Shown: positions 51,365 through 60,244 of the stretch, piece after piece
Position numbering within the stretch: position 1 is the stretch's first letter
Layout of the letters: every line of letters begins with the position of its first letter
Made by a program: the position numbers and the translations under genes
The notes under the pieces: model-generated
What the model was told of the DNA's origin: nothing
Databases searched by the model: none
Seen by the model: only the letters and a program-made list of their open reading frames with translations
Source of the DNA: Armatimonadota bacterium
Lineage (GTDB): Bacteria > Armatimonadota > SYMT01
Length of the DNA: 64,000 nucleotides
Reading direction: 5' to 3'
Assembly (NCBI GenBank): GCA_041690135.1
Contig: JAWLHY010000003.1
Span: 256,001-320,000 of the forward strand

Positions 51365-52716
51365 GCCGTAGCGAGTTTTCCGGTTCGGGTGGGAGGCGCC
51401 TCGCTCCGGCGGCGTGGGTCCTGGCGGCCGGCGTGGCGACGGTGGCCTCCGTGGGGCTAGCGCAGTCGGGGGATAGCTTCGATGAGGCGCCCATCCACTA
51501 TATCCAGGCCCAGCCCACCGACGCGATCACCCAACTCCAGAAGCGGATGGAAGCCGGTGAGGTGCGCCTGCAGAGCCACCGGATCCAGGGCTACCTGCCG
51601 GCGGTGCTGCGGGCCCTGAAGATTCCTGTTTCGTCCCAGGTACTGGTGTTCTCCAAGACCAGCGCCCGGCGCGACTACATCTCCCCGCTGGCGCCGCGGG
51701 CGATCTATTTCAACGACGATGTGTATGTCGCCTGGGTTAAAGGGGGGCCGGTGCTGGAGATCTCCACCGCGGACCCGCAGCTCGGCGGGGTGTTCTACAC
51801 ACTGGACCAGGACCGGTTCACGCCTCCGAAGTTCGTGCGGCAGAACTATGAATGTCTCTCCTGTCACAGCTCCACCCTCACCAGCGGGGTGCCGGGCCAC
51901 ACCGTGCGCTCGGTCTATCCGGGCCGCGACGGGACGCCGGTCCTCTCCGCCGGCACTTTTATCACCCGGGATGAGAGCCCGATGGACCAGCGGTGGGGTG
52001 GCTGGTACGTCACGGGAACGCACGGCCGGCAGTATCACATGGGCAACGTGACGGTGAAAGACGAGGCGCAGGCCCTGGCGCTTGACCGCTCGACCGGCGC
52101 GAACGTCACGGACCTCAAACGGTTCTTCGACACCTCCGCCTACCTCACGCCCCACAGCGACCTGGTGGCGCTGATGGTGCTGCAACACCAGACGCACGTG
52201 CACAACCTGATCACGCGCGCCAACTACGAAACCCGGAAGGCGCTCCACTATGAGCAACTCCTGAACCGGGAACTGGATCGTGGGGTGAACTATCGTTCCG
52301 ACAGCACCGTCAGCCGTATCAAGAGCGTGGCCGAGCCGCTGGTCCGCGGGCTCCTGTTCTCCGGAGAGGCGCCACTGGAGCAGCCGGTAGCGGGGACCAC
52401 CGCTTTTGCCACGGAGTTCGTCGCGCGCGGGCCGTGGGATACGCGGAAGCGCTCGCTGCGCCAGTTCGACCTTCAGAAGCGGTTGTTCCGCTACCCCTGC
52501 AGCTTCCTGGTGTACTCCGAGGCGTTCGACACTCTGCCGGCGCCGGCGAAGGAGTATGTCTACCGCCGCTTTGGAGAGATCCTGAGCGAAAAGGACCAGA
52601 CGAAGCCGTTCGCGCACCTGACCGCCGCGGACCGGTCCGCGCTGCTCCAGATCCTGCGTGACACGAAGCCGGACTTCGCCGCGTGGCTGGACCGGTACCC
52701 GCAGCCGAGCCAGTAG
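51361..52716 (+). CDS. Exported uncharacterised protein with one CxxCH motif
   Basis: Signal peptide, FSKTS, PRAIYFNDDVYV, CLSCH, RWGGWYVTG. ATGA overlap with the upstream gene. Confidence 0.75.
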   Translation: MSRSEFSGSGGRRLAPAAWVLAAGVATVASVGLAQSGDSFDEAPIHYIQAQPTDAITQLQKRMEAGEVRLQSHRIQGYLPAVLRALKIPVSSQVLVFSKTSARRDYISPLAPRAIYFNDDVYVAWVKGGPVLEISTADPQLGGVFYTLDQDRFTPPKFVRQNYECLSCHSSTLTSGVPGHTVRSVYPGRDGTPVLSAGTFITRDESPMDQRWGGWYVTGTHGRQYHMGNVTVKDEAQALALDRSTGANVTDLKRFFDTSAYLTPHSDLVALMVLQHQTHVHNLITRANYETRKALHYEQLLNRELDRGVNYRSDSTVSRIKSVAEPLVRGLLFSGEAPLEQPVAGTTAFATEFVARGPWDTRKRSLRQFDLQKRLFRYPCSFLVYSEAFDTLPAPAKEYVYRRFGEILSEKDQTKPFAHLTAADRSALLQILRDTKPDFAAWLDRYPQPSQ

Positions 52717-52762
52717 CCCACTCTTCCCTACATCAATCACTGATGAAGTTTGCTGCGCGTAA

Positions 52763-52791
52763 ATACTTGTCTGAACAAGTATCGTTCAGAC
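52763..52791. promoter_or_regulatory. Two overlapping inverted repeats upstream of the halogenase (operator-like)
   Basis: ATACTTGT-CTGA-ACAAGTAT (52763-52782) and GTCTGAAC-N7-GTTCAGAC (52769-52791) in an AT-rich patch. Confidence 0.5.
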
Positions 52792-52886
52792 GTTTTTAGA
52801 TTGAACGGTGCGAGTGAGAACCGGTCACCAGCGAGTGGGCTTTCCGCAGCTCTCCCGGCCGCCTCCCGCTCCATTGAGGACCCCCC

Positions 52887-54179
52887 ATGAATACGAATGG
52901 AACGACCCTACCCCCGGACCCCGATGTTGTTGTGATTGGCGGCGGGCCGGCCGGCGCCACCTGTGCGACCCTGATCACCCAGAAGGGCTATCGCGTGCGC
53001 CTTTACGAGCGAGATGTCTTCCCGCGCTTTCATATCGGGGAGTCGCTGATCCCGGATACGTACTGGACCCTTCAGCGGCTGAACATGCTGGAGAAGATGA
53101 AGCGGAGCGGGTTCGTCAAGAAGTACTCCGCCCAGTTTGTCAACGAGCGGGGACAGATGTCCGCGCCCTTCTACTTCAGCGAGCACAATCCCCACGAGTG
53201 CTCGGTCACATGGCAGGTGCGGCGCAGCGAGTTCGACACGCTGATGCTGGAAAACGCGGCGGAGCAAGGGGTGGAGGTTCACCAGGGCACCCGGATCCGG
53301 GAAGTGTTTTTCCAGGGGGAACGCGCCACGGGCGTTCGCGTGCAGCACCCGGACGGTCATCTGGAGGATGTTTCGGCGCGCGTGGTGGTCGATGCGAGCG
53401 GTCAGAGCGCTTTCATCGCCAACCGGCTCAAGCTGCTGGTGAAGGACGAACACCTGCGAAAGGGAGCGGTGTGGACCTACTATCGGGGCGCCTACCGGGA
53501 CACCGGCCGGAATGCCGGCGCGACCATTGTCGCGCAGACGAAGGGGAAGAAGGGCTGGTTCTGGTATATTCCGCTCCACGACGACATCGTGAGCGTCGGG
53601 GTCGTGCGTGATTTCCTGGAACTGTTCGCCGGCAACCGCGAACACGAGGTGATCTTCAACGAGGAGTTGGAGAACTGCCTCGAGATCAAGCGCCGTGTCG
53701 AGATGGGGACCCGGTGCGAACGGTTCTACGCGACCAAGGACTACAGCTACCGCGCCACCCGCTCCGCGGGCGAGGGCTGGGTCCTGATCGGAGACGCCTA
53801 TGGATTTCTCGATCCCCTCTATTCCTCTGGAGTGCTGCTGGCGCTGAAAAGCGGTGAACTGGCGGCGGACGCCATTGTCGCCGGGCTGGCGAAAGGGGAC
53901 CTTTGCGCCGCGCAGTTGGGCGGGTGGAGCCCGGAGTTCAACCGCGGAATGGATTTCATGCGGCGGCTCGTGTGCGCCTACTACGACGGCCTGAGCTTTG
54001 GCGCCTTCCTTCGCAAGCACCCCCACTTCCGCGGGCATCTCACCGACCTGCTCATCGGCAATCTCTGGAAGCCAGGGGTGGACGAAGTGTTCGGTCCGAT
54101 GAGTGAGATGCTGGCCGAAAGGGCGTCCGACCCGGCGCTGGCCGATGCCGCTTCGCGGACCCAGGAGGCGATCCCATGA
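52887..54179 (+). CDS. Flavin-dependent halogenase family protein (CmlS/PltA-like)
   Basis: GGGPAG, FPRFHIGESL, GFVKKYSA (Lys at the catalytic position), GWFWYIP (WxWxIP), FLDPLYSSG. Confidence 0.8.
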   Translation: MNTNGTTLPPDPDVVVIGGGPAGATCATLITQKGYRVRLYERDVFPRFHIGESLIPDTYWTLQRLNMLEKMKRSGFVKKYSAQFVNERGQMSAPFYFSEHNPHECSVTWQVRRSEFDTLMLENAAEQGVEVHQGTRIREVFFQGERATGVRVQHPDGHLEDVSARVVVDASGQSAFIANRLKLLVKDEHLRKGAVWTYYRGAYRDTGRNAGATIVAQTKGKKGWFWYIPLHDDIVSVGVVRDFLELFAGNREHEVIFNEELENCLEIKRRVEMGTRCERFYATKDYSYRATRSAGEGWVLIGDAYGFLDPLYSSGVLLALKSGELAADAIVAGLAKGDLCAAQLGGWSPEFNRGMDFMRRLVCAYYDGLSFGAFLRKHPHFRGHLTDLLIGNLWKPGVDEVFGPMSEMLAERASDPALADAASRTQEAIP

Positions 54180-55507
54180 GCGAAGCGCATCAAACCGAAG
54201 CTTTCTTGCTGACGATCATCGTGCAGTTGGGGGTGATCATCGCCGTGGCCCGCCTGGCGGGGAACCTGGCGCGGCGGCTCGGTCATCCCATGGTGGTGGG
54301 GGAGATCCTCGCGGGACTGGTGCTCGGTCCGTCGTTCCTGGGCCGGCTGTTTCCGGAACTCAGCGCCGCGCTCTTCCCCAATTCCACGGCGCAGGTCATC
54401 AACATCATCAGCCAATTGGGCCTCATCCTGCTGATGTTCGTCATCGGCCTGGAGTTCGACTTCGGCCACGTGCGCGCCCACGGCAAGACGGCCGCTCTGG
54501 TGGCGGTAAGCGGCATCGCGCTGCCGTTTGTGCTGGGGCTCGGGATCGGCCAGTGGATGCAGCCACACTTTCCCCAGATCCATCCGGTGGGCTTTTCGCT
54601 CTTCCTCGCGACCGCCCTATCGATCACCGCCATTCCCGTCCTGGGACGGGTGATGGTGGAGTTCAACATTCAACGGACGGAGATCGGGGTACTCACCATC
54701 ACCGCGGCCGCCATTGATGACGCGCTGGGCTGGATCCTGCTGGCCGTGGTCTCCGCCGTGGTCGGCGCCCACTTCGATCTCCTGGCTACCGGGCGCATGG
54801 TGCTCCTCACGCTGGTGTTCGGGCTGGTGATGGGGATGGTGGTACGACCCCTGCTCATCCGTTGGATCCAAAGAGCGGTGGATCCCCGGAGTGGGCAGCT
54901 CAGTCTCAATGCCCTGGCCGGAACCTTTGTCGTCATGTTCGGCTGCGCCGCGATCACGAACCTGATCGGGATCTTCTCGATCTTCGGGGCCTTCATTCTG
55001 GGCGCCGTCCTCTACGACCAGGAGCAGTTCCGCGAGGCGGTATTCCAGCGTCTCAAGGACTTCGTGACCGCCTTCTTCCTGCCGATCTTCTTCACCTATA
55101 CCGGATTACACACCGATATGGGGTCGCTGGGTACGGGGGTGATGTGGCTGTTCCTGGCGGCGGTGCTGGCCGCTTCCCTGGTGGGCAAACTGGTGGGCTG
55201 CGGTGTCGCGGCGCGTTGGAGTGGGTTCCCGCCGCGCCAGGCGGCCTGCGTCGGCGTCATGATGAACGCCCGCGCGTTGATGGGGCTCATCGCCGCGAAC
55301 GTCGGTCTGCAGATGAATGCCGTACCGCCGCAGGTGTACTGCATGCTGGTGCTGATGTGCGTGGTCAGCACCGTTCTGCTGTCTCCCGCGCTGCGCCGCC
55401 TGATGGTCGGAACGGAGTTGGAAGCGCCGTTCCGCGAATCGGAGTTCGTCCGGGAGGCCATGCGGGTGCGACGCTCGGTGCCGGCATTGGAGCAGGCGGG
55501 GCAGTGA
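54176..55507 (+). CDS. CPA2-type cation:proton antiporter
   Basis: VGEILAGLVLGPS, MFVIGLEFD, SITAIPVLGR, AAAIDD, GKLVG. ATGA overlap with the halogenase stop. Confidence 0.9.
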   Translation: MSEAHQTEAFLLTIIVQLGVIIAVARLAGNLARRLGHPMVVGEILAGLVLGPSFLGRLFPELSAALFPNSTAQVINIISQLGLILLMFVIGLEFDFGHVRAHGKTAALVAVSGIALPFVLGLGIGQWMQPHFPQIHPVGFSLFLATALSITAIPVLGRVMVEFNIQRTEIGVLTITAAAIDDALGWILLAVVSAVVGAHFDLLATGRMVLLTLVFGLVMGMVVRPLLIRWIQRAVDPRSGQLSLNALAGTFVVMFGCAAITNLIGIFSIFGAFILGAVLYDQEQFREAVFQRLKDFVTAFFLPIFFTYTGLHTDMGSLGTGVMWLFLAAVLAASLVGKLVGCGVAARWSGFPPRQAACVGVMMNARALMGLIAANVGLQMNAVPPQVYCMLVLMCVVSTVLLSPALRRLMVGTELEAPFRESEFVREAMRVRRSVPALEQAGQ

Positions 55508-55591
55508 GTCGCTGAAGCCGTAGGCGCCGGCCGATGGGGAAGACCGGCACGATCCTGGTGCGGGAGTTGTCAGGCAAGTTAATGACCCACT

Positions 55592-55626
55592 AAGAGCCGG
55601 TCCTCCACCTTTGGACCGGCTCTTTG
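55592..55626 (+). terminator. Probable terminator after the antiporter
   Basis: AAGAGCCGGTCC-9 nt-GGACCGGCTCTT followed by a short T tract. Confidence 0.6.
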
Positions 55627-55668
55627 ATACGCTCATAGGGCGGGATCAGCGGCGCGGGGAGGCGCCCT

Positions 55669-57489
55669 ATGAGCGGTCTGGAGCAGAGCATGGAGAGGCG
55701 AGGAGAGCTGGTGACCGAAACACAGCCGGCGGGCGAACTGGCGGAGCGCGTGCGGCTGATTCTCGACCGCCTGACGGGGCCGGGCTTTCCGGCGTACTCT
55801 CCCGAATTCGTACTGGCGGACGTGCGCCTGGACCTGGACTATCCGCGCCTGTACGACAGCTTCAGTGGGGATATCTCCGGACGGTACGTGGAAGCCCTCG
55901 CCCTGATGGGCGAAGAGAGCCTGGCCAGATTGGAGCCCCTGGTTCCCGAACTGCTGCGTTGCCAGCGGGAAGACGGTCGCTTTGGGGACGCCCGCCTGTC
56001 GTTCGCGGCGGCTGACATCGAGAAGCCGCAGATGGCGCTGCTCTGGGGCAATGGACGTCTGCTGGTGGGCCTCCTCGCTTACCACCAGGTCACCGGTGAC
56101 CCCGCCGTACTGGAGTCCGCCCGGCGCCTGGGCGATTTCCTCGTCCGGGTGCGGAACGAGTGCTCCGAGACCTCCGTGGCGCGGCGGGTGCATGGGCTCG
56201 GCGCCCACGGGTTGATCTGTTTCACCCAACTCATCGAGGGGCTGGTTCTGCTGGGCCGCGCCACCGGCGACACGACCTATTTCCAGGCCGCTCGCGAGAT
56301 CGTGCCGCTGCTCCCCCCGCCCGGCATTCAGCACACGCACGGCTATCTCTCCACGCTGCGGGGAATGCTCCTCTTGCACGAAGCCACCGGCGATCCGACC
56401 CTCCTGGCCGAAGCCGAGCGGAAGTACCAGGAGCTGGTCGCCTCGCCGGACTACGTGGTTTTCGGCGGGGTGCTGGAGTTCTTCGGCGCGGAAACCCACG
56501 GCCTCTCCCCGGCCGACCTCGACAAGCTGTTTGCCCTGGACAACAAGCCACCCCAGGACGAGGGTTGCTCGGAAGCGGACTTCGTGCGTCTCAGCCTGCA
56601 ACTCTGGCGGGCTACGGGCTGCGCGGGGTACCTGGAGCGGGCGGAGCGCTGCCTGCTCAACCAGTTCTATGCCAACCAGTTCCGGAGCGGCGATTTCGGG
56701 CATCGGGTGGTGTATCACCGGGGCTTCCGGCCCAGCGATAATCCCGGAAAGGCCTGGTGGTGCTGCAATATGCACGGGCTGCGGACTTTCCCGGACGTCG
56801 CGGAGGCCATCGTCACGGGTGACGGCGATACGGTTTGGATCAACCTCTTCCTGGACTGCACGCAAGTGGGGGAGTCGCTTTCCCTGTCCATCCAACAGGC
56901 CACGGAATGGGACGGCGTGCGGATCGGGGTCCGCGGCAGCTCCACCGGTCCGGTCACGCTGGCGGTCCGGCAGCCTTCCTGGGTCACCTCCATGCAGCTT
57001 CGGGTCAATGGCGAGGAGGTCGAGGGGAAGCTGCACGAGGGCTACCTCTCCGTCCGCCGGGACTGGACCGAAGGGGATCGGCTCGACGTGGAGTACACCT
57101 ACCGGGCCTGCCTGCGCCGGCGTAACGGGGAGTACCTGGAACCGGGAGAGCTGGGCTCCGATCCGGTGGAAGCCGCGCTGTTCTACGGCCCCTGGCTAAT
57201 GGGCGTCCACGAGGCGGATGAACCGGCTTTCCTGGAGCGGCCCTGGACCTGGGGCGTGCCGAATGAGAACCTGGTCTCCCTGCCCGCCGACCTGGAGACG
57301 GCCCGGATCCCGGTGCCGGCCACCGAGGGCGGGTTGCTCCAGCCGCGCGTGGCCATCCGGCTACCCTACCGCCACGGCGGATGGCCCGGGGAGGCGGAGG
57401 TCACCCTCCGGCCCATCTCGCGCCAGACGGCCGTATCGCACCAGCAGGTCCTGGCGGTATGGATTACTTACCGCAGGACCGAATCCTAG
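55669..57489 (+). CDS. GH127/GH146-like (beta-L-arabinofuranosidase family) glycoside hydrolase
   Basis: DISGRYVEAL, DEGCSEAD, WWCCNMHG (Zn/Cys site), LAVRQPSW, YGPWL. GTG 55711 is an alternative start. Confidence 0.78.
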   Translation: MSGLEQSMERRGELVTETQPAGELAERVRLILDRLTGPGFPAYSPEFVLADVRLDLDYPRLYDSFSGDISGRYVEALALMGEESLARLEPLVPELLRCQREDGRFGDARLSFAAADIEKPQMALLWGNGRLLVGLLAYHQVTGDPAVLESARRLGDFLVRVRNECSETSVARRVHGLGAHGLICFTQLIEGLVLLGRATGDTTYFQAAREIVPLLPPPGIQHTHGYLSTLRGMLLLHEATGDPTLLAEAERKYQELVASPDYVVFGGVLEFFGAETHGLSPADLDKLFALDNKPPQDEGCSEADFVRLSLQLWRATGCAGYLERAERCLLNQFYANQFRSGDFGHRVVYHRGFRPSDNPGKAWWCCNMHGLRTFPDVAEAIVTGDGDTVWINLFLDCTQVGESLSLSIQQATEWDGVRIGVRGSSTGPVTLAVRQPSWVTSMQLRVNGEEVEGKLHEGYLSVRRDWTEGDRLDVEYTYRACLRRRNGEYLEPGELGSDPVEAALFYGPWLMGVHEADEPAFLERPWTWGVPNENLVSLPADLETARIPVPATEGGLLQPRVAIRLPYRHGGWPGEAEVTLRPISRQTAVSHQQVLAVWITYRRTES

Positions 57490-57674
57490 GTGAAGCCAAG
57501 CCCGCGTCCAGCCTGCACCGCGCACCATCGTCGCGAATCGCGGTCGGGCTGGGACCACCGATCTTAATCCCGTTCTGCACTACGAACTGCCGTCACGTCC
57601 GCCTACCGGTTGCACTTCCCGGTTATCCGAGGCGTGGTAACCGCCATGCTTACCCACAAGCGCCATGTGCGTGG

Positions 57675-57700
57675 GTAGGGTCGGCCCGCCGCCGCCGACC
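57675..57700 (+). repeat. GTAG-type REP-like hairpin (family C)
   Basis: GTAG followed by a GGTCGGC/GCCGACC stem. Confidence 0.45.
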
Positions 57701-57824
57701 AGGACATTGCCTCCGCACCTATCCCGCACCAACGACCGCCCCCTCGAATCTCCACCGGATCGGGCGCGTTGGTTCCAATCCCGTCGCGCATCACCGAACC
57801 CATCACCCCGCTAACCAATGCGCC

Positions 57825-58796
57825 TTAAACCCCCAGGGCCTTCTTCGCTTCCTCCAACTTCTTCTCGCACTCTCGCTTGTAACCCTCGACCTCGGCCTTC
57901 GCGACCGCCTTTTCGAGTTGTTCGATCGCCAACCGGTAATCACCGGTTGCGAGGAAGACTTCCCCCAGGTGGCGGTGCCAGAAGTGCGCCAGTAAATTCG
58001 TCCGCATCTCCGCCGGGCCGGCAACCGCCGTGCGGGCGAGGTTGAGCGCCTTCTCCTTATCCTGGGCCTTGAGCCATGCGACCGCGGCTTCCTTATAGTG
58101 GAAGGGGCGGAGGTGCTCGCTGGCGGCGGCCAACTCCTCCCAGAGTGCGGCGGCCTCCCGGTGCCGGTTACACCGGTCGTACTGCCGCGCCATTTCCGAA
58201 AGAACCCCGCTGGGGACGTTCATCCGGTACTCCCTGCGGAGAAGCTCCAGGAGCGTGTCGGTGAGCTCACCCCCGCGCTGCGGCTGCTTGAGCGCATCCG
58301 CATAGAGACCGCTGAGGATGATCAGCGCCGTCCGGTCGGCGGGCTGGTTCTTCAGAGCCATCTCGTAGCGGGGTGTCACCTCGGCCGCCTTCTTCTTCTG
58401 GGCGAGGTACGTCAGGAGCGACCGCCGCGCGGAGAGCAACTCGGCGGGCGCCTTCGCTTCACGGATCAGGAGGTCGGCCGTGCGAACCATCGGCTCCACG
58501 TCTTCCAGGGTCGCGTAGGGAACCAGCAGCGCCTGGAGGACCTGGGTCTTCAGGGGTGCGGCGGGCTTCAGGGTCAGCGCCTGCTCCAACGCGGCCTGGC
58601 CCTCCTTCATGTTCTTGCTGCGGACGAACGCCTGCCCCACCCGGTACGCCTCCTGTGCGGAGGCAAAGGTCCGGGCGGGCGGAACAGCCTCCGCCTGCAG
58701 CGCCGCCGCCGGGGTGACGGGGACCGTCCACAGGCACAGGGCCGCAGCCACGATGACCTTTCCTCGGCTTCGCGTCTCCCAACCTATCTGCCGCAT
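57825..58796 (-). CDS. Exported TPR protein
   Basis: Signal peptide ending in AAA, TPR helices. ATG 58796 with AAGGAGG SD. Confidence 0.75.
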   Translation of the reverse strand: MRQIGWETRSRGKVIVAAALCLWTVPVTPAAALQAEAVPPARTFASAQEAYRVGQAFVRSKNMKEGQAALEQALTLKPAAPLKTQVLQALLVPYATLEDVEPMVRTADLLIREAKAPAELLSARRSLLTYLAQKKKAAEVTPRYEMALKNQPADRTALIILSGLYADALKQPQRGGELTDTLLELLRREYRMNVPSGVLSEMARQYDRCNRHREAAALWEELAAASEHLRPFHYKEAAVAWLKAQDKEKALNLARTAVAGPAEMRTNLLAHFWHRHLGEVFLATGDYRLAIEQLEKAVAKAEVEGYKRECEKKLEEAKKALGV

Positions 58797-58913
58797 GCCT
58801 TCCTCCTTGAAGCACAACCGACACAGCGTTTTCCCAACAACTCCGACGCGCACACCGGCGGAGAGGTTACAGGGAGACTTGCTCAATGTACACACCACCG
58901 CCATAATGGCTAA

Positions 58914-59642
58914 ATGCGGTTACTGCTGACGAATGACGATGGTATTGAGGCGGCGGGGCTCCGGGCTCTGGAGCAGGCGTGCGGGGGATTGGGCGAACGG
59001 GTGACGGTGGCTCCCACCGGGTGCCGCTCCTACGTGGGGCATCAGGTAACGGTCGGGCGCGCGATGGCCGTGACCCGGTACAGTCCATCCCGGTTCGCGG
59101 TGGACGGCACCCCGGCCGACTGCGTCCGGCTCGCGCTCACGCACCTGGCGCCAAAGGTGGACCTGGTAGTCTCCGGCATCAACCACGGGGCGAACCTGGG
59201 GGTGGATCTCTACACTTCCGGCACCGCGGCCGCGGCTCGCGAGGCCGCCTTCTTCGGTCTCCCGGCCGTCGCCGTCTCCCATTACCAGGAAAAGGGCCTG
59301 GAGTTCGACTGGGACTGGGCCGCGCGTCAGGTGGCTCGGGTCCTGCCGGATCTGCTCCGTCGCGGCTGCCCGGAGCATCACTTTTGGAGCATCAACCTGC
59401 CCCACTCCGCCCAGCCGCCGGAGGAAGCGGAGCTCTGCTTTGTGCCGATCGACCCCAGTCCCCACGACATCCGCTACCAGTTCCACGAAGGTCGGGGCTT
59501 CCTCTACGCCGGCGTGTTCCAGGCACGCGGCCAGCGGGAGGGCCATGACGTGGCTGCCTGTTTTGGCGGCAAGATAACCGCCTCCCTGGTTTCCACCTGT
59601 GGATCCGCCCCGGTCCACGATCTGGAGCTTGAATCCCGGTGA
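58914..59642 (+). CDS. surE: 5'/3'-nucleotidase SurE
   Basis: LLTNDDGI, DGTPADCV, VVSGINHGANLG...SGTAAAAREA. Confidence 0.93.
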   Translation: MRLLLTNDDGIEAAGLRALEQACGGLGERVTVAPTGCRSYVGHQVTVGRAMAVTRYSPSRFAVDGTPADCVRLALTHLAPKVDLVVSGINHGANLGVDLYTSGTAAAAREAAFFGLPAVAVSHYQEKGLEFDWDWAARQVARVLPDLLRRGCPEHHFWSINLPHSAQPPEEAELCFVPIDPSPHDIRYQFHEGRGFLYAGVFQARGQREGHDVAACFGGKITASLVSTCGSAPVHDLELESR

Positions 59643-59710
59643 GGGGTAACATGGCAAATGTGTGGGCGACAGGAAACAGAACAGTTGGCGCCCTCGGCGT
59701 AGTTCTCGGC

Positions 59711-60095
59711 TGGGCGAGTGAACTCGCGGCTACACATAGCAAAGCCGACCTCCGTCGGCTAGGAACCCTGAAAACCCAGGCATTTCTCGGGTTGGCAATC
59801 CTCTGGATTGTGACGGATGCGCTTGCGTCAGTTACCGCCTATGCGCACGGAGCCGACGGAGGCGGGCGCCCTTTGGGCAGTGGCCCTTTGTAGCCGCGGC
59901 TTGAGCCGCTTGGAGTACCGCAGGCGCCGATGGACAGTCGCCGTTTGTAGCCGCGGCTTGAGTACACCCGGCGAAGTACACCCGGCGAAGCATAGGGCAT
60001 AGGGCCGCTTGGAGTACCGCAGGCACCGGTGGGTACTGAACCAACCCTGCATGGAGCCAGCCGGGCCTCCGGGTGAGCGAGTGAACTTACGGCTA
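59711..60095. repeat. Cluster of family-A GTAG REPs (inverted doublet, direct duplicate and decayed copy)
   Basis: 59711-59760 is a REP plus an AGCCGAC/GTCGGCT hairpin, with an inverted partner at 59851-59910. A 39-nt direct repeat occupies 59887-59925 and 59944-60024 (interrupted). A decayed copy lies near 60075. Confidence 0.75.
59963..60004. mobile_element. Candidate 21-nt miniature insertion element, two nested copies
   Basis: A 42-nt insert TACACCCGGCGAAG[TACACCCGGCGAAGCATAGGG]CATAGGG that is absent from the otherwise identical repeat copy at 59887-59925. Confidence 0.55.
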
Positions 60096-60244
60096 AAGGC
60101 AAGTTCTGCGCTCCCACAGGGCGTGGGCGGACGGTGCCACACCCTACAGCGGTCTCCGAATTTGGGACCTTGGACCCAAAGCAGAATCCGGAAACGGCGG
60201 CATACTAACCAGGAGCCCTCACGATCAGACCGGAGATCTCGGAA

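Noticed and set aside
59887-60024. Direct repeats resembling a mini CRISPR array
   Set aside because: Only two copies, REP-like GTAG hairpins, an 18-nt gap and no cas genes.
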